A stretch of DNA of 38,759 nucleotides from Escherichia phage mEpX2. Below, one piece after another: positions 1 through 8,428 of this stretch (positions within the stretch are counted from its first letter, which is position 1; each line of letters begins with the position of its first letter). The stretch lies in the sequence record NC_019705.1. One strand, given 5' to 3'. A program made the position numbers and the translations under genes. The notes below the pieces were generated by a model that saw nothing but the letters and a program-made list of their open reading frames with translations, was not told where the DNA came from and ran no database searches.

Positions 1-486
1 ATGGCAGATAAACGAATCCGTTCCGACAGTTCGGCGGCAGCGGTTCAGGCCATGAAAAATGCAGCTGTGGACACCATCGATCCGCCGTCCCATGCAGGTT
101 TGGAGAAAAAAGCCGAACCATTCTGGCATGACAATATCAGATCGAAAGCTCTGGACAGCTGGACGCCTGCCGACCTTCTAGCCGCCGTAGAACTTGCTAA
201 TAATCAGCTCTATATCACCGTTTTACGCAAGGATTTACGCAAAGAAGAGCGCATACGCGGGGAGGAGCGAGACGAAGGCCTTATAAAAGACCTCCGCAAG
301 CAAATTGTTGAGCTACAACGAACTATCCTGGCTCAGCGCCGCGACCTCCAGATCCACTCCCACGCAACCAACGGCGAAAGTCGCGACCAGAAGAAACGTA
401 ATCAGAACGATCGTGATGCACGGAATACCAAAAACGAGCATCAGGACCAGGACGATAACCTGATCGCCTTTCCCAAGCACGGATAA
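1..486 (+). CDS. terminase small subunit
   Basis: 161-aa ORF immediately upstream of large terminase; charged, coiled-coil-rich small protein typical of P27/HK97-type TerS; SD AAGGTG at 38744-38749 precedes the ATG across the window junction. Confidence 0.65.
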   Translation: MADKRIRSDSSAAAVQAMKNAAVDTIDPPSHAGLEKKAEPFWHDNIRSKALDSWTPADLLAAVELANNQLYITVLRKDLRKEERIRGEERDEGLIKDLRKQIVELQRTILAQRRDLQIHSHATNGESRDQKKRNQNDRDARNTKNEHQDQDDNLIAFPKHG

Positions 487-492
487 AAGACT

Positions 493-2007
493 ATGACGCG
501 AGGTGAGCGTGTAATAGCGTTCATTGAGCGCTTTTGCATCGTGCCAGAAGGCAAGCTTATCGGCCAACCTATGCGGTTGGACCCCTTTCAGAAAGATTTC
601 ATCCTGGCGGTTTACGACAATCCAGCCGGAACGGATATGGCGATCCTCTCCATCGCCCGAAAAAATGGTAAGACTGGCCTGATTGCCGGAATTCTGCTGG
701 CTCACCTGGTGGGGCCTGAAGCGGTGCAGAACACGCAGATTGTCAGCGGTGCACTCAGCCGGGAACAGGCGGCCATCGTTTTTAACCTCGCGGTGAAGAT
801 GGTTAACCTGAACCCCAAGCTGCAGGAGATTGTGCACATTACGCCCAGCGGCAAAAAGCTGATCGGCCTGCCGTGTAACGTCGAATACAAGGCTTTATCC
901 GCAGAAGGTAAGACGACGCACGGCCTTTCCCCCATTCTGGCCATTCTCGATGAAACAGGGCAGGTTAGGGGCCCGCAGGATGATTTTATCGATGCAATAA
1001 CTACGGCGCAGGGGGCTCATGAAAACCCGCTGCTAATCGTTATCAGTACGCAGGCAGCAAACGATGCTGACCTGCTTAGCATCTGGATTGATGATGCGGT
1101 CAAATCGAAAGATCCGCACATCGTGTGCCACGTTTATGAAGCGCCAAAAGACGCTGATATCAGTAAACGCGAGTCCTGGCTGGCTGCGAACCCGGCACTG
1201 GGAACATTCAGGTCAGAAAAAGACATGGCGCGCCAGGCTGAGAAAGCTGGCCGAATGCCAAGCTTCGAAAACACCTTCCGAAACCTCAACCTCAATCAGC
1301 GCGTGTCTACCGTATCGCCGTTTATCTCCCGCAGCGTGTGGGAGCTTTGCGGAGAGATGCCGATTAACACCCCGAGGAAGTGGTACGCGGGGCTGGATCT
1401 GTCAGCCAGGAACGACTTAACGGCGCTGGTTATCGCTGGTGAAGCAGATGATGGTGTCTGGGATGTTTTCCCCTTCTTCTGGACACCGCAAAAGACTCTT
1501 GAAGAGCGAACCAAAACGGACCGAGCACCCTATGACGTTTGGGTGAGGGAGGGGCTGCTGCGCACCACGCCAGGAGCTTCGGTGGATTACTCATTCGTCG
1601 TTGCGGATATCGCTGAAATTATCGGTGATTTCGACCTTACCTCGATGGCTTTTGACCGCTGGCGCATTGACCAGTTCAGGAAGGATGCCGATGCCATTGG
1701 GCTGAGCCTCCCGCTGGTCGAGTTCGGCCAGGGCTTTAAGGATATGGGGCCAGCTGTAGACACGCTGGAGTCTCTGATGCTTAACGGGCGCGTGAGGCAT
1801 GGCATGCACCCCGTATTAACGATGTGTGCTGTGAATGCGGTGGTGGTGAAAGATGCTGCTGGCAACCGCAAGCTCGATAAATCCAAAGCAACGGGCCGTA
1901 TTGATGGCATGGTCGCAATGACAATGTCCGTTGGTGCTGCTAATGGGGAAGTTACCGAACAGGGTGGTGACTTCGACGACTTCATTTTCCGACCGCTGAG
2001 CATGTGA
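493..2007 (+). CDS. terminase large subunit
   Basis: 504-aa ORF with ATPase and nuclease-type segments, position after terS and before portal. Confidence 0.9.
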   Translation: MTRGERVIAFIERFCIVPEGKLIGQPMRLDPFQKDFILAVYDNPAGTDMAILSIARKNGKTGLIAGILLAHLVGPEAVQNTQIVSGALSREQAAIVFNLAVKMVNLNPKLQEIVHITPSGKKLIGLPCNVEYKALSAEGKTTHGLSPILAILDETGQVRGPQDDFIDAITTAQGAHENPLLIVISTQAANDADLLSIWIDDAVKSKDPHIVCHVYEAPKDADISKRESWLAANPALGTFRSEKDMARQAEKAGRMPSFENTFRNLNLNQRVSTVSPFISRSVWELCGEMPINTPRKWYAGLDLSARNDLTALVIAGEADDGVWDVFPFFWTPQKTLEERTKTDRAPYDVWVREGLLRTTPGASVDYSFVVADIAEIIGDFDLTSMAFDRWRIDQFRKDADAIGLSLPLVEFGQGFKDMGPAVDTLESLMLNGRVRHGMHPVLTMCAVNAVVVKDAAGNRKLDKSKATGRIDGMVAMTMSVGAANGEVTEQGGDFDDFIFRPLSM

Positions 2008-3281
2008 TGGAAGAACCTAAATACACGATTGACCTGCGAACCAATAACGGCTGGTGGGCAAGGCTGCAGTCCTGGTTTGTCGGCGGGCGTTTAGTCACCC
2101 CAAATCAGGGCTCACAGACGGGGCCTGTTTCGGCCCACGGACACCTGGGCGATTCATCCATTAACGATGAACGGATACTGCAAATTTCGACTGTGTGGCG
2201 CTGCGTGAGCCTGATTTCAACGCTCACGGCATGCTTACCGCTTGATGTCTTCGAAACAGACCAGAATGACAACCGTAAAAAAGTGGATTTGAGCAATCCA
2301 CTGGCGCGACTGCTGCGCTACTCACCGAATCAGTACATGACCGCCCAAGAATTCAGGGAGGCCATGACGATGCAGCTCTGTTTCTACGGTAACGCATATG
2401 CACTTGTGGACCGCAACAGCGCAGGTGACGTGATCAGCCTTCTCCCGCTTCAGTCTGCCAATATGGATGTGAAGCTCGTCGGAAAAAAAGTGGTTTATCG
2501 CTATCAACGCGACAGCGAATACGCCGAATTTTCGCAGAAAGAGATTTTTCACCTTAAAGGCTTCGGATTCACCGGGCTTGTAGGCCTGTCACCCATTGCT
2601 TTTGCCTGTAAATCGGCAGGTGTGGCAGTTGCGATGGAGGACCAGCAGCGAGATTTCTTTGCCAACGGCGCCAAGTCTCCGCAAATCCTCTCAACTGGCG
2701 AAAAAGTGCTAACTGAACAGCAGCGCTCCCAGGTCGAAGAGAACTTCAAAGAGATCGCCGGCGGCCCGGTAAAAAAACGCCTCTGGATTCTGGAAGCGGG
2801 TTTTTCTACATCGGCAATTGGCGTAACTCCGCAGGATGCCGAAATGATGGCGTCCCGAAAATTTCAGGTAAGTGAACTGGCGCGATTCTTTGGCGTACCG
2901 CCTCACCTTGTCGGCGACGTCGAGAAATCAACGAGCTGGGGATCGGGCATCGAGCAGCAGAATCTCGGCTTCCTGCAGTACACCCTGCAGCCCTATATCT
3001 CCAGGTGGGAAAACAGCATTCAGCGGTGGCTTATTCCTGCTAAGGATGTTGGCCGCATTCATGCTGAGCACAACCTCGACGGCCTGCTGAGGGGCGATTC
3101 GGCATCCCGCGCTGCCTTTATGAAGGCAATGGGAGAGGCAGGGCTACGCACCATCAACGAGATGCGACGAACGGACAACCTCCCGCCATTGCCGGGTGGC
3201 GATGTGGCAATGCGCCAGTCGCAATACGTGCCGATCACCGATTTAGGAACCAACAAAGAGCCCCGTAATAACGGGGCTTAA
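2004..3281 (+). CDS. portal protein (HK97 family)
   Basis: 425-aa ORF overlapping terL stop, followed by protease and capsid genes. Confidence 0.85.
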   Translation: MMEEPKYTIDLRTNNGWWARLQSWFVGGRLVTPNQGSQTGPVSAHGHLGDSSINDERILQISTVWRCVSLISTLTACLPLDVFETDQNDNRKKVDLSNPLARLLRYSPNQYMTAQEFREAMTMQLCFYGNAYALVDRNSAGDVISLLPLQSANMDVKLVGKKVVYRYQRDSEYAEFSQKEIFHLKGFGFTGLVGLSPIAFACKSAGVAVAMEDQQRDFFANGAKSPQILSTGEKVLTEQQRSQVEENFKEIAGGPVKKRLWILEAGFSTSAIGVTPQDAEMMASRKFQVSELARFFGVPPHLVGDVEKSTSWGSGIEQQNLGFLQYTLQPYISRWENSIQRWLIPAKDVGRIHAEHNLDGLLRGDSASRAAFMKAMGEAGLRTINEMRRTDNLPPLPGGDVAMRQSQYVPITDLGTNKEPRNNGA

Positions 3282-3286
3282 TTTTT

Positions 3287-3976
3287 ATGGGGGCCGTAAT
3301 GCCTGAAATCGTAAAAACGCTGTCCTTCGACGAGACAGAAATCAAATTCACCGGTGACGGTAAACAGGGGATTTTTGAAGGCTACGCCTCTGTTTTTAAT
3401 AACACCGATTCCGATGGCGACATCATTCTGCCCGGGGCGTTTAAAAACGCGCTGGCGAACCAGACCCGAAAAGTGGCGATGTTTTTTAACCACAGGACGT
3501 GGGAACTGCCGGTTGGCAAATGGGACAGCCTGGCTGAGGACGAAAAAGGCCTGTATGTGCGCGGTCAACTTACCCCAGGACACAGCGGCGCCGCTGACCT
3601 GAAAGCGGCAATGCAGCACGGTACGGTTGAAGGTATGTCGGTTGGCTTTTCCGTTTCGAAAGACGATTACACCATCATTCCAACAGGCCGCATTTTTAAG
3701 AATATCCAGGCTCTGCGCGAAATCAGCGTCTGCACTTTCCCCGCCAACGAACAGGCTGGCATCGCAGCCATGAAAAGTGTCGATGGCATTGAAACGATTC
3801 GTGATGTGGAGAACTGGCTGAGGGATTCAGTCGGCCTCACCAAATCACAGGCAGTTGGGCTAATTGCCCGGTTTAAGTCAGCGATTCGGAGCGAGTCCGA
3901 GGGCGACGGAAACGAAGCACAAATAAACGCTCTGCTTCAGAGCATCAAATCTTTCCCTTCTAACTTAGGTAAATAA
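3287..3976 (+). CDS. prohead maturation protease
   Basis: 229-aa ORF between portal and major capsid; HK97 gp4-like layout. Confidence 0.8.
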   Translation: MGAVMPEIVKTLSFDETEIKFTGDGKQGIFEGYASVFNNTDSDGDIILPGAFKNALANQTRKVAMFFNHRTWELPVGKWDSLAEDEKGLYVRGQLTPGHSGAADLKAAMQHGTVEGMSVGFSVSKDDYTIIPTGRIFKNIQALREISVCTFPANEQAGIAAMKSVDGIETIRDVENWLRDSVGLTKSQAVGLIARFKSAIRSESEGDGNEAQINALLQSIKSFPSNLGK

Positions 3977-3978
3977 TT

Positions 3979-5136
3979 ATGTCTGAACTCGCTCTCATTC
4001 AAAAAGCTATCGAAGAATCCCAGCAGAAAATGACCCAGCTTTTCGATGCGCAGAAAGCAGAAATCGAAAGCACAGGCCAGGTTTCCAAACAGTTGCAGTC
4101 CGACCTAATGAAAGTACAGGAAGAGCTGACCAAATCCGGCACTCGCCTCTTCGATCTGGAACAGAAACTGGCATCCGGCGCTGAGAATCCTGGTGAGAAG
4201 AAATCCTTCTCTGAACGGGCTGCTGAAGAGCTTATTAAGTCATGGGACGGTAAACAGGGCACCTTTGGCGCTAAAACGTTTAACAAGTCACTAGGCAGTG
4301 ACGCTGATTCGGCTGGCTCACTGATCCAGCCTATGCAGATCCCAGGCATCATCATGCCAGGCCTGCGCCGTCTTACCATTCGTGATCTGCTGGCTCAGGG
4401 CCGCACTTCCAGTAACGCTCTGGAATATGTGCGTGAAGAGGTGTTTACCAATAACGCCGACGTGGTGGCAGAGAAAGCACTGAAGCCAGAATCGGATATC
4501 ACCTTCAGCAAACAAACCGCGAACGTGAAGACCATCGCGCACTGGGTGCAGGCATCACGTCAGGTGATGGATGATGCGCCAATGCTTCAGTCCTACATTA
4601 ACAACCGCCTCATGTACGGCCTGGCACTGAAGGAAGAGGGCCAGCTGCTGAACGGCGACGGTACCGGGGATAACCTGGAAGGGCTGAACAAAGTGGCAAC
4701 CGCCTATGACACCTCGCTGAATGCCACCGGCGACACCCGCGCTGACATTATCGCTCACGCTATTTATCAGGTGACCGAGTCTGAGTTCAGCGCTTCCGGT
4801 ATCGTCCTGAACCCGCGCGACTGGCACAACATCGCGTTGCTGAAAGACAATGAAGGCCGCTATATCTTCGGTGGTCCTCAGGCATTCACCAGTAACATCA
4901 TGTGGGGCTTGCCAGTGGTTCCGACTAAGGCGCAGGCCGCCGGCACCTTTACCGTAGGCGGTTTCGATATGGCCTCACAGGTCTGGGATCGCATGGATGC
5001 CACCGTGGAAGTTAGCCGTGAAGACCGCGATAACTTCGTGAAAAACATGCTGACCATCCTGTGCGAAGAGCGTCTGGCGCTGGCGCATTATCGCCCGACA
5101 GCAATCATCAAGGGCACCTTCTCTTCTGGCTCATGA
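3979..5136 (+). CDS. major capsid protein (HK97 fold)
   Basis: 385-aa ORF with N-terminal coiled-coil delta-like domain, directly after protease. Confidence 0.9.
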   Translation: MSELALIQKAIEESQQKMTQLFDAQKAEIESTGQVSKQLQSDLMKVQEELTKSGTRLFDLEQKLASGAENPGEKKSFSERAAEELIKSWDGKQGTFGAKTFNKSLGSDADSAGSLIQPMQIPGIIMPGLRRLTIRDLLAQGRTSSNALEYVREEVFTNNADVVAEKALKPESDITFSKQTANVKTIAHWVQASRQVMDDAPMLQSYINNRLMYGLALKEEGQLLNGDGTGDNLEGLNKVATAYDTSLNATGDTRADIIAHAIYQVTESEFSASGIVLNPRDWHNIALLKDNEGRYIFGGPQAFTSNIMWGLPVVPTKAQAAGTFTVGGFDMASQVWDRMDATVEVSREDRDNFVKNMLTILCEERLALAHYRPTAIIKGTFSSGS

Positions 5137-5142
5137 TGGAGG

Positions 5143-5164
5143 GGGCGGGGAAACCCGCCCTTTT
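5143..5164 (+). terminator. intrinsic terminator/attenuator after capsid gene
   Basis: GGGCGGG-GAAA-CCCGCCC hairpin followed by TTTT, 7 nt after capsid stop. Confidence 0.5.
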
Positions 5165-5169
5165 AACGT

Positions 5170-5496
5170 ATGGCGATAGATGTTCTGGATGTAATTTCCC
5201 TCAGTCTGTTTAAGCAGCAGATTGAGTTTGAGGAAGACGACAGGGACGAGCTGATCACGCTGTACGCCCAGGCCGCTTTTGACTACTGCATGCGCTGGTG
5301 CGATGAACCAGCATGGAAGGTTGCGGCTGATATTCCTGCCGCCGTTAAGGGCGCCGTTCTGCTTGTCTTTGCTGACATGTTTGAACACCGGACGGCACAA
5401 AGCGAAGTGCAGCTTTATGAGAATGCAGCCGCCGAACGCATGATGTTCATTCATCGCAACTGGCGCGGAAAAGCCGAATCAGAGGAGGGCTCCTGA
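5170..5496 (+). CDS. head-tail connector protein (gp6-like)
   Basis: 108-aa ORF in conserved position after capsid gene. Confidence 0.6.
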   Translation: MAIDVLDVISLSLFKQQIEFEEDDRDELITLYAQAAFDYCMRWCDEPAWKVAADIPAAVKGAVLLVFADMFEHRTAQSEVQLYENAAAERMMFIHRNWRGKAESEEGS

Positions 5497-5732
5497 TGGA
5501 ACCGGGACGATTCAGGAACCGGGTAAAAATTCTCACCTTCACGACTTCGCGCGATCCATCTGGTCAGCCGGTTGAATCGTGGACAGGTGGCAACCCGGTC
5601 CCGGCTGAGGTAAAGAGGATCAGCGGCAGAGAGCAGCTTTCAGGCGGCGCGGAAACGGCGCAGGCAACGATTCGCGTCTGGATGCGCGCAACGGAGCGAG
5701 TGGATAAAAAAGTGGGCAAAAATAGCTTATGA
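5496..5732 (+). CDS. hypothetical protein, head-closure-like N-terminal pattern
   Basis: 78-aa ORF; pattern R.RV.I......D..G.P...WT....A.V...SG.E resembles N-terminal part of head closure proteins. Confidence 0.4.
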   Translation: MEPGRFRNRVKILTFTTSRDPSGQPVESWTGGNPVPAEVKRISGREQLSGGAETAQATIRVWMRATERVDKKVGKNSL

Positions 5733-5926
5733 ACGAGCAACTGGTAAACGAACTGATAGCAGTGATACGGGAACAAATCACAGCGCAGAGGGAGCAGACG
5801 GAAGCGATAAGCCGTCTGGCTGAATCAAATATGGCGCTTTGCGATGTCATTATCCAGTCGCTGGCTGGTGAACTAGATGAAACTGCAGAGCAACAAACCT
5901 ATCTGAGCGGTAAACCCAGGGGGTAA
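5729..5926 (+). CDS. hypothetical protein
   Basis: 65-aa ORF with ATGA-type overlap to upstream gene; predicted helical. Confidence 0.35.
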   Translation: MNEQLVNELIAVIREQITAQREQTEAISRLAESNMALCDVIIQSLAGELDETAEQQTYLSGKPRG

Positions 5927-5927
5927 C

Positions 5928-6260
5928 ATGCAGGCCGGGAAATTGCGCCACAGGATTACTCTGCAGGAGCCAGTAAAAGTGCAGAACCCGACAACGGGAG
6001 CCGTAATTAATACCTGGCGAGATGTTGCGACTGTCCGGGCCGAAGTTTCACCATTGTCAGCGCGTGAATTTATTGCTGCGCAGGCTTCTCAGGGTGAAAT
6101 AACCACCCGTATTGTTATTCGCTACCGTGCCGGAGTTACCAGAAAACATCGCATCTTGTTTCGTGGTGCTGTGTATAACATCCATGGTGTTCTGCCCGAT
6201 CCAAAAAGCGGACGTGAATACCTGACGCTTCCCTGTTCTGAGGGTGTTAATGATGGCTGA
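5928..6260 (+). CDS. head closure / head-tail adaptor protein
   Basis: 110-aa ORF with LRHRITLQ...IRYR motif typical of the head-tail joining family. Confidence 0.65.
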   Translation: MQAGKLRHRITLQEPVKVQNPTTGAVINTWRDVATVRAEVSPLSAREFIAAQASQGEITTRIVIRYRAGVTRKHRILFRGAVYNIHGVLPDPKSGREYLTLPCSEGVNDG

Positions 6261-6792
6261 TAGTGTTGAGGTAAGCCTTACCGGGCTTGAATCACTTCTT
6301 GGGAAAATGGAGGCCGTATCAGAAGTCACCCGTAATAAAGCCGGTCGGTTTGCATTGCGTAAGGCGGCAAACATTATAAGGGATCGGGCCAGAAGCAACG
6401 CGTCACGAGTTGATGATCCTCTGACTAAAGAAGCAATCCACAAAAATATCGTCGCCAGCTTCAGCAGCAAGCAATTCCGCAGGACAGGTGATCTGGCATT
6501 CCGTGTCGGGGTAATGGGCGGTGCCAGGCAGTATGCAAATACAAAGGCAAACGTCAGAAAAGGCAGAGCGGGTAAAACATACAAAACCTCAGGAGATAAA
6601 GGCAATCCAGGAGGAGATACCTGGTACTGGCGTTTTCTTGAGTTTGGTACTGAGCACACATCAGCGCGGCCTATCCTCCGACCTGCAATGAACGGCGTAG
6701 ATAATGACGTGATTAATGTTTTTTCTACGGAAATGGGAAAGGCTATTGATCGCGCTATCAGGCTGGCCACGAAGAAAGGAACCACTGCATGA
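6244..6792 (+). CDS. tail component (HK97 gp10-like)
   Basis: 182-aa ORF in conserved neck/tail-completion position. Confidence 0.65.
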   Translation: MLMMADSVEVSLTGLESLLGKMEAVSEVTRNKAGRFALRKAANIIRDRARSNASRVDDPLTKEAIHKNIVASFSSKQFRRTGDLAFRVGVMGGARQYANTKANVRKGRAGKTYKTSGDKGNPGGDTWYWRFLEFGTEHTSARPILRPAMNGVDNDVINVFSTEMGKAIDRAIRLATKKGTTA

Positions 6793-7154
6793 TTGCCCCT
6801 ATTTTTTCTGTTTGCGCGTCGAGTCCTGAAGTCACTGACTTACTCGGAAGCAATCCGGTAAGAATTTATCCTTTCGGAATTCAGGACGACAACGTGGTCT
6901 ATCCCTATGTGGTCTGGCAGAACATCACCGGTTCTCCAGAGAACTACATTGCCCAGCGCCCTGACGCAGACTTTTTCACGCTGCAGGTGGATGCATATGC
7001 CGACACCGTGGATGAAGTGATTGCCGTGGCTACTGCGCTGCGGGATGCCATTGAGCCGCACGCGCATATCACGCGCTGGGGCGGACAGGAAAGAGACCCC
7101 GAAACAAAGCGCTATCGCTACTCATTCGATGTTGACTGGATAGTCACTCGATAA
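6789..7154 (+). CDS. tail completion/terminator protein
   Basis: 121-aa ORF overlapping upstream stop, directly upstream of major tail gene. Confidence 0.6.
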   Translation: MIAPIFSVCASSPEVTDLLGSNPVRIYPFGIQDDNVVYPYVVWQNITGSPENYIAQRPDADFFTLQVDAYADTVDEVIAVATALRDAIEPHAHITRWGGQERDPETKRYRYSFDVDWIVTR

Positions 7155-7167
7155 ACGTATTATTCAA

Positions 7168-7193
7168 CCACCGGCCTTGAGCCGGTTTTTTTA
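7168..7193 (+). terminator. intrinsic terminator-like hairpin
   Basis: ACCGGC-CTTGA-GCCGGT followed by TTTTTTT. Confidence 0.45.
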
Positions 7194-7208
7194 TGACCGG
7201 AGATAACA

Positions 7209-7709
7209 ATGTCTGTATTGACGCAAGGTACGCAGCTCTTTGTGCTCGTAAAAGGCAAGGTGAGCGAAGTTGAATGTATCACTGCATTTTCACCCGGCAG
7301 CAATCCGGCTGACCAGATTGAAGACACCTGTCTTTCTGAGCGCTTTGATCGCAGCTATAAGCGTGGTCTTCGAACGCCTGGCACAGCATCACTGACGCTT
7401 AACGCTGATCCTAAAAATACCAGCCACATCATGCTCTACAACCTGTCCATTTCGGACGACGAAAAGGATCAGGACCTGACCTTCGCGATTGGATGGTCAG
7501 ACGGAACCGCATCGCCAACTGCGGCTGAAAATGGTGCATCCGGTGCAGTCGATGGCCTGGTGCTACCTGATAGCCGCACATGGTTCGTATTCAAAGGCTA
7601 TGTGTCCGACTTCCCGTTTGATTTTGCAGCAAACACGGTTGTTTCTACTTCTGCATCTATCCAGCGCTCCGGCTCTGCTGTATGGGTGCCAAAAGTCGTG
7701 ACCCCATAA
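7209..7709 (+). CDS. major tail protein
   Basis: 166-aa ORF preceding the G/GT chaperone pair and tape measure. Confidence 0.8.
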   Translation: MSVLTQGTQLFVLVKGKVSEVECITAFSPGSNPADQIEDTCLSERFDRSYKRGLRTPGTASLTLNADPKNTSHIMLYNLSISDDEKDQDLTFAIGWSDGTASPTAAENGASGAVDGLVLPDSRTWFVFKGYVSDFPFDFAANTVVSTSASIQRSGSAVWVPKVVTP

Positions 7710-7747
7710 AATCAGGGCGGCAACGCCCTTATTAATCAGGATTAATA

Positions 7748-8233
7748 ATGAAATTAACACTTGATGCACTCAAGGAGTCCGGCGCGTTTACCGGTCGCCC
7801 GGTTGAGAAAGAAATCACCTGGACGCAAGGCGATAAAAAAATCACCGCGACCGTGTATGTTCGCCCGATGGGTTATCACACAGCAACGTCCGATGTGCTG
7901 GCTTTTGGTGGTAAGGTCGATGGTGTGGCAGGGCGTATCGCCGCATCCATCTGCGATGAACATGGTAAACCCATCTTCACCCCGGCTGACATTACTGGTG
8001 AGGCAGATCCTGAACGTGGTGCACTGGATGGCGGCCTGACGGTAGCACTGCTTCTGGCCATTCAGGAAGTTAACGATCTGGGAAAGACTTCGAGCTCAGC
8101 GCCGAAGACGAATTCTGGTGCGAGCTCGTCCTCAACGGAATCGGAGGCAGAACAATCGCCGAAGCGCGGGAAGTCCTCTCATTCAAAGAGTCCCAACTCT
8201 GGGCAAAGTACCGGGAACGATACGGGAGTCTGA
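7748..8233 (+). CDS. tail assembly chaperone G
   Basis: 161-aa ORF immediately upstream of tape measure; contains slippery heptamer. Confidence 0.8.
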   Translation: MKLTLDALKESGAFTGRPVEKEITWTQGDKKITATVYVRPMGYHTATSDVLAFGGKVDGVAGRIAASICDEHGKPIFTPADITGEADPERGALDGGLTVALLLAIQEVNDLGKTSSSAPKTNSGASSSSTESEAEQSPKRGKSSHSKSPNSGQSTGNDTGV

Positions 8234-8409
8234 ACCCTATGTTGCGGGTTGAGTGGGGTGCCGGGCTGGTGAGCAGCATGATAGCCAACGTTAACAGAGA
8301 CCCCAAGCGCCCACCATTCAACCCGACCGATTTCACACTTCACTTTACCAAAGTCAAAGCTGCTGATGGACCAATCTCGTTAGAGGAAGCCAGAGCCAGC
8401 TGGACATAA
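7748..8409 (+). CDS. tail assembly chaperone GT (-1 programmed frameshift product)
   Basis: -1 frame is open from slippery site G GGA AAG (8080-8086) to TAA at 8407-8409; translated -1 frame verified free of stops. Confidence 0.6.
8080..8086 (+). other. programmed -1 ribosomal frameshift slippery site GGGAAAG
   Basis: Identical heptamer and codon phasing to the lambda G/GT frameshift site. Confidence 0.6.
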
Positions 8410-8428
8410 TGCCGCCAACGGAGAGTTT

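Noticed and set aside
313-837. 174-aa ORF on the minus strand
   Set aside because: Lies antisense within terS/terL, whose order and coupling are well supported; no RBS.
6057-6785. 242-aa ORF on the minus strand
   Set aside because: Antisense to the head closure and gp10-like genes in an otherwise unidirectional, translationally coupled late operon; proline/serine-rich low-complexity translation.
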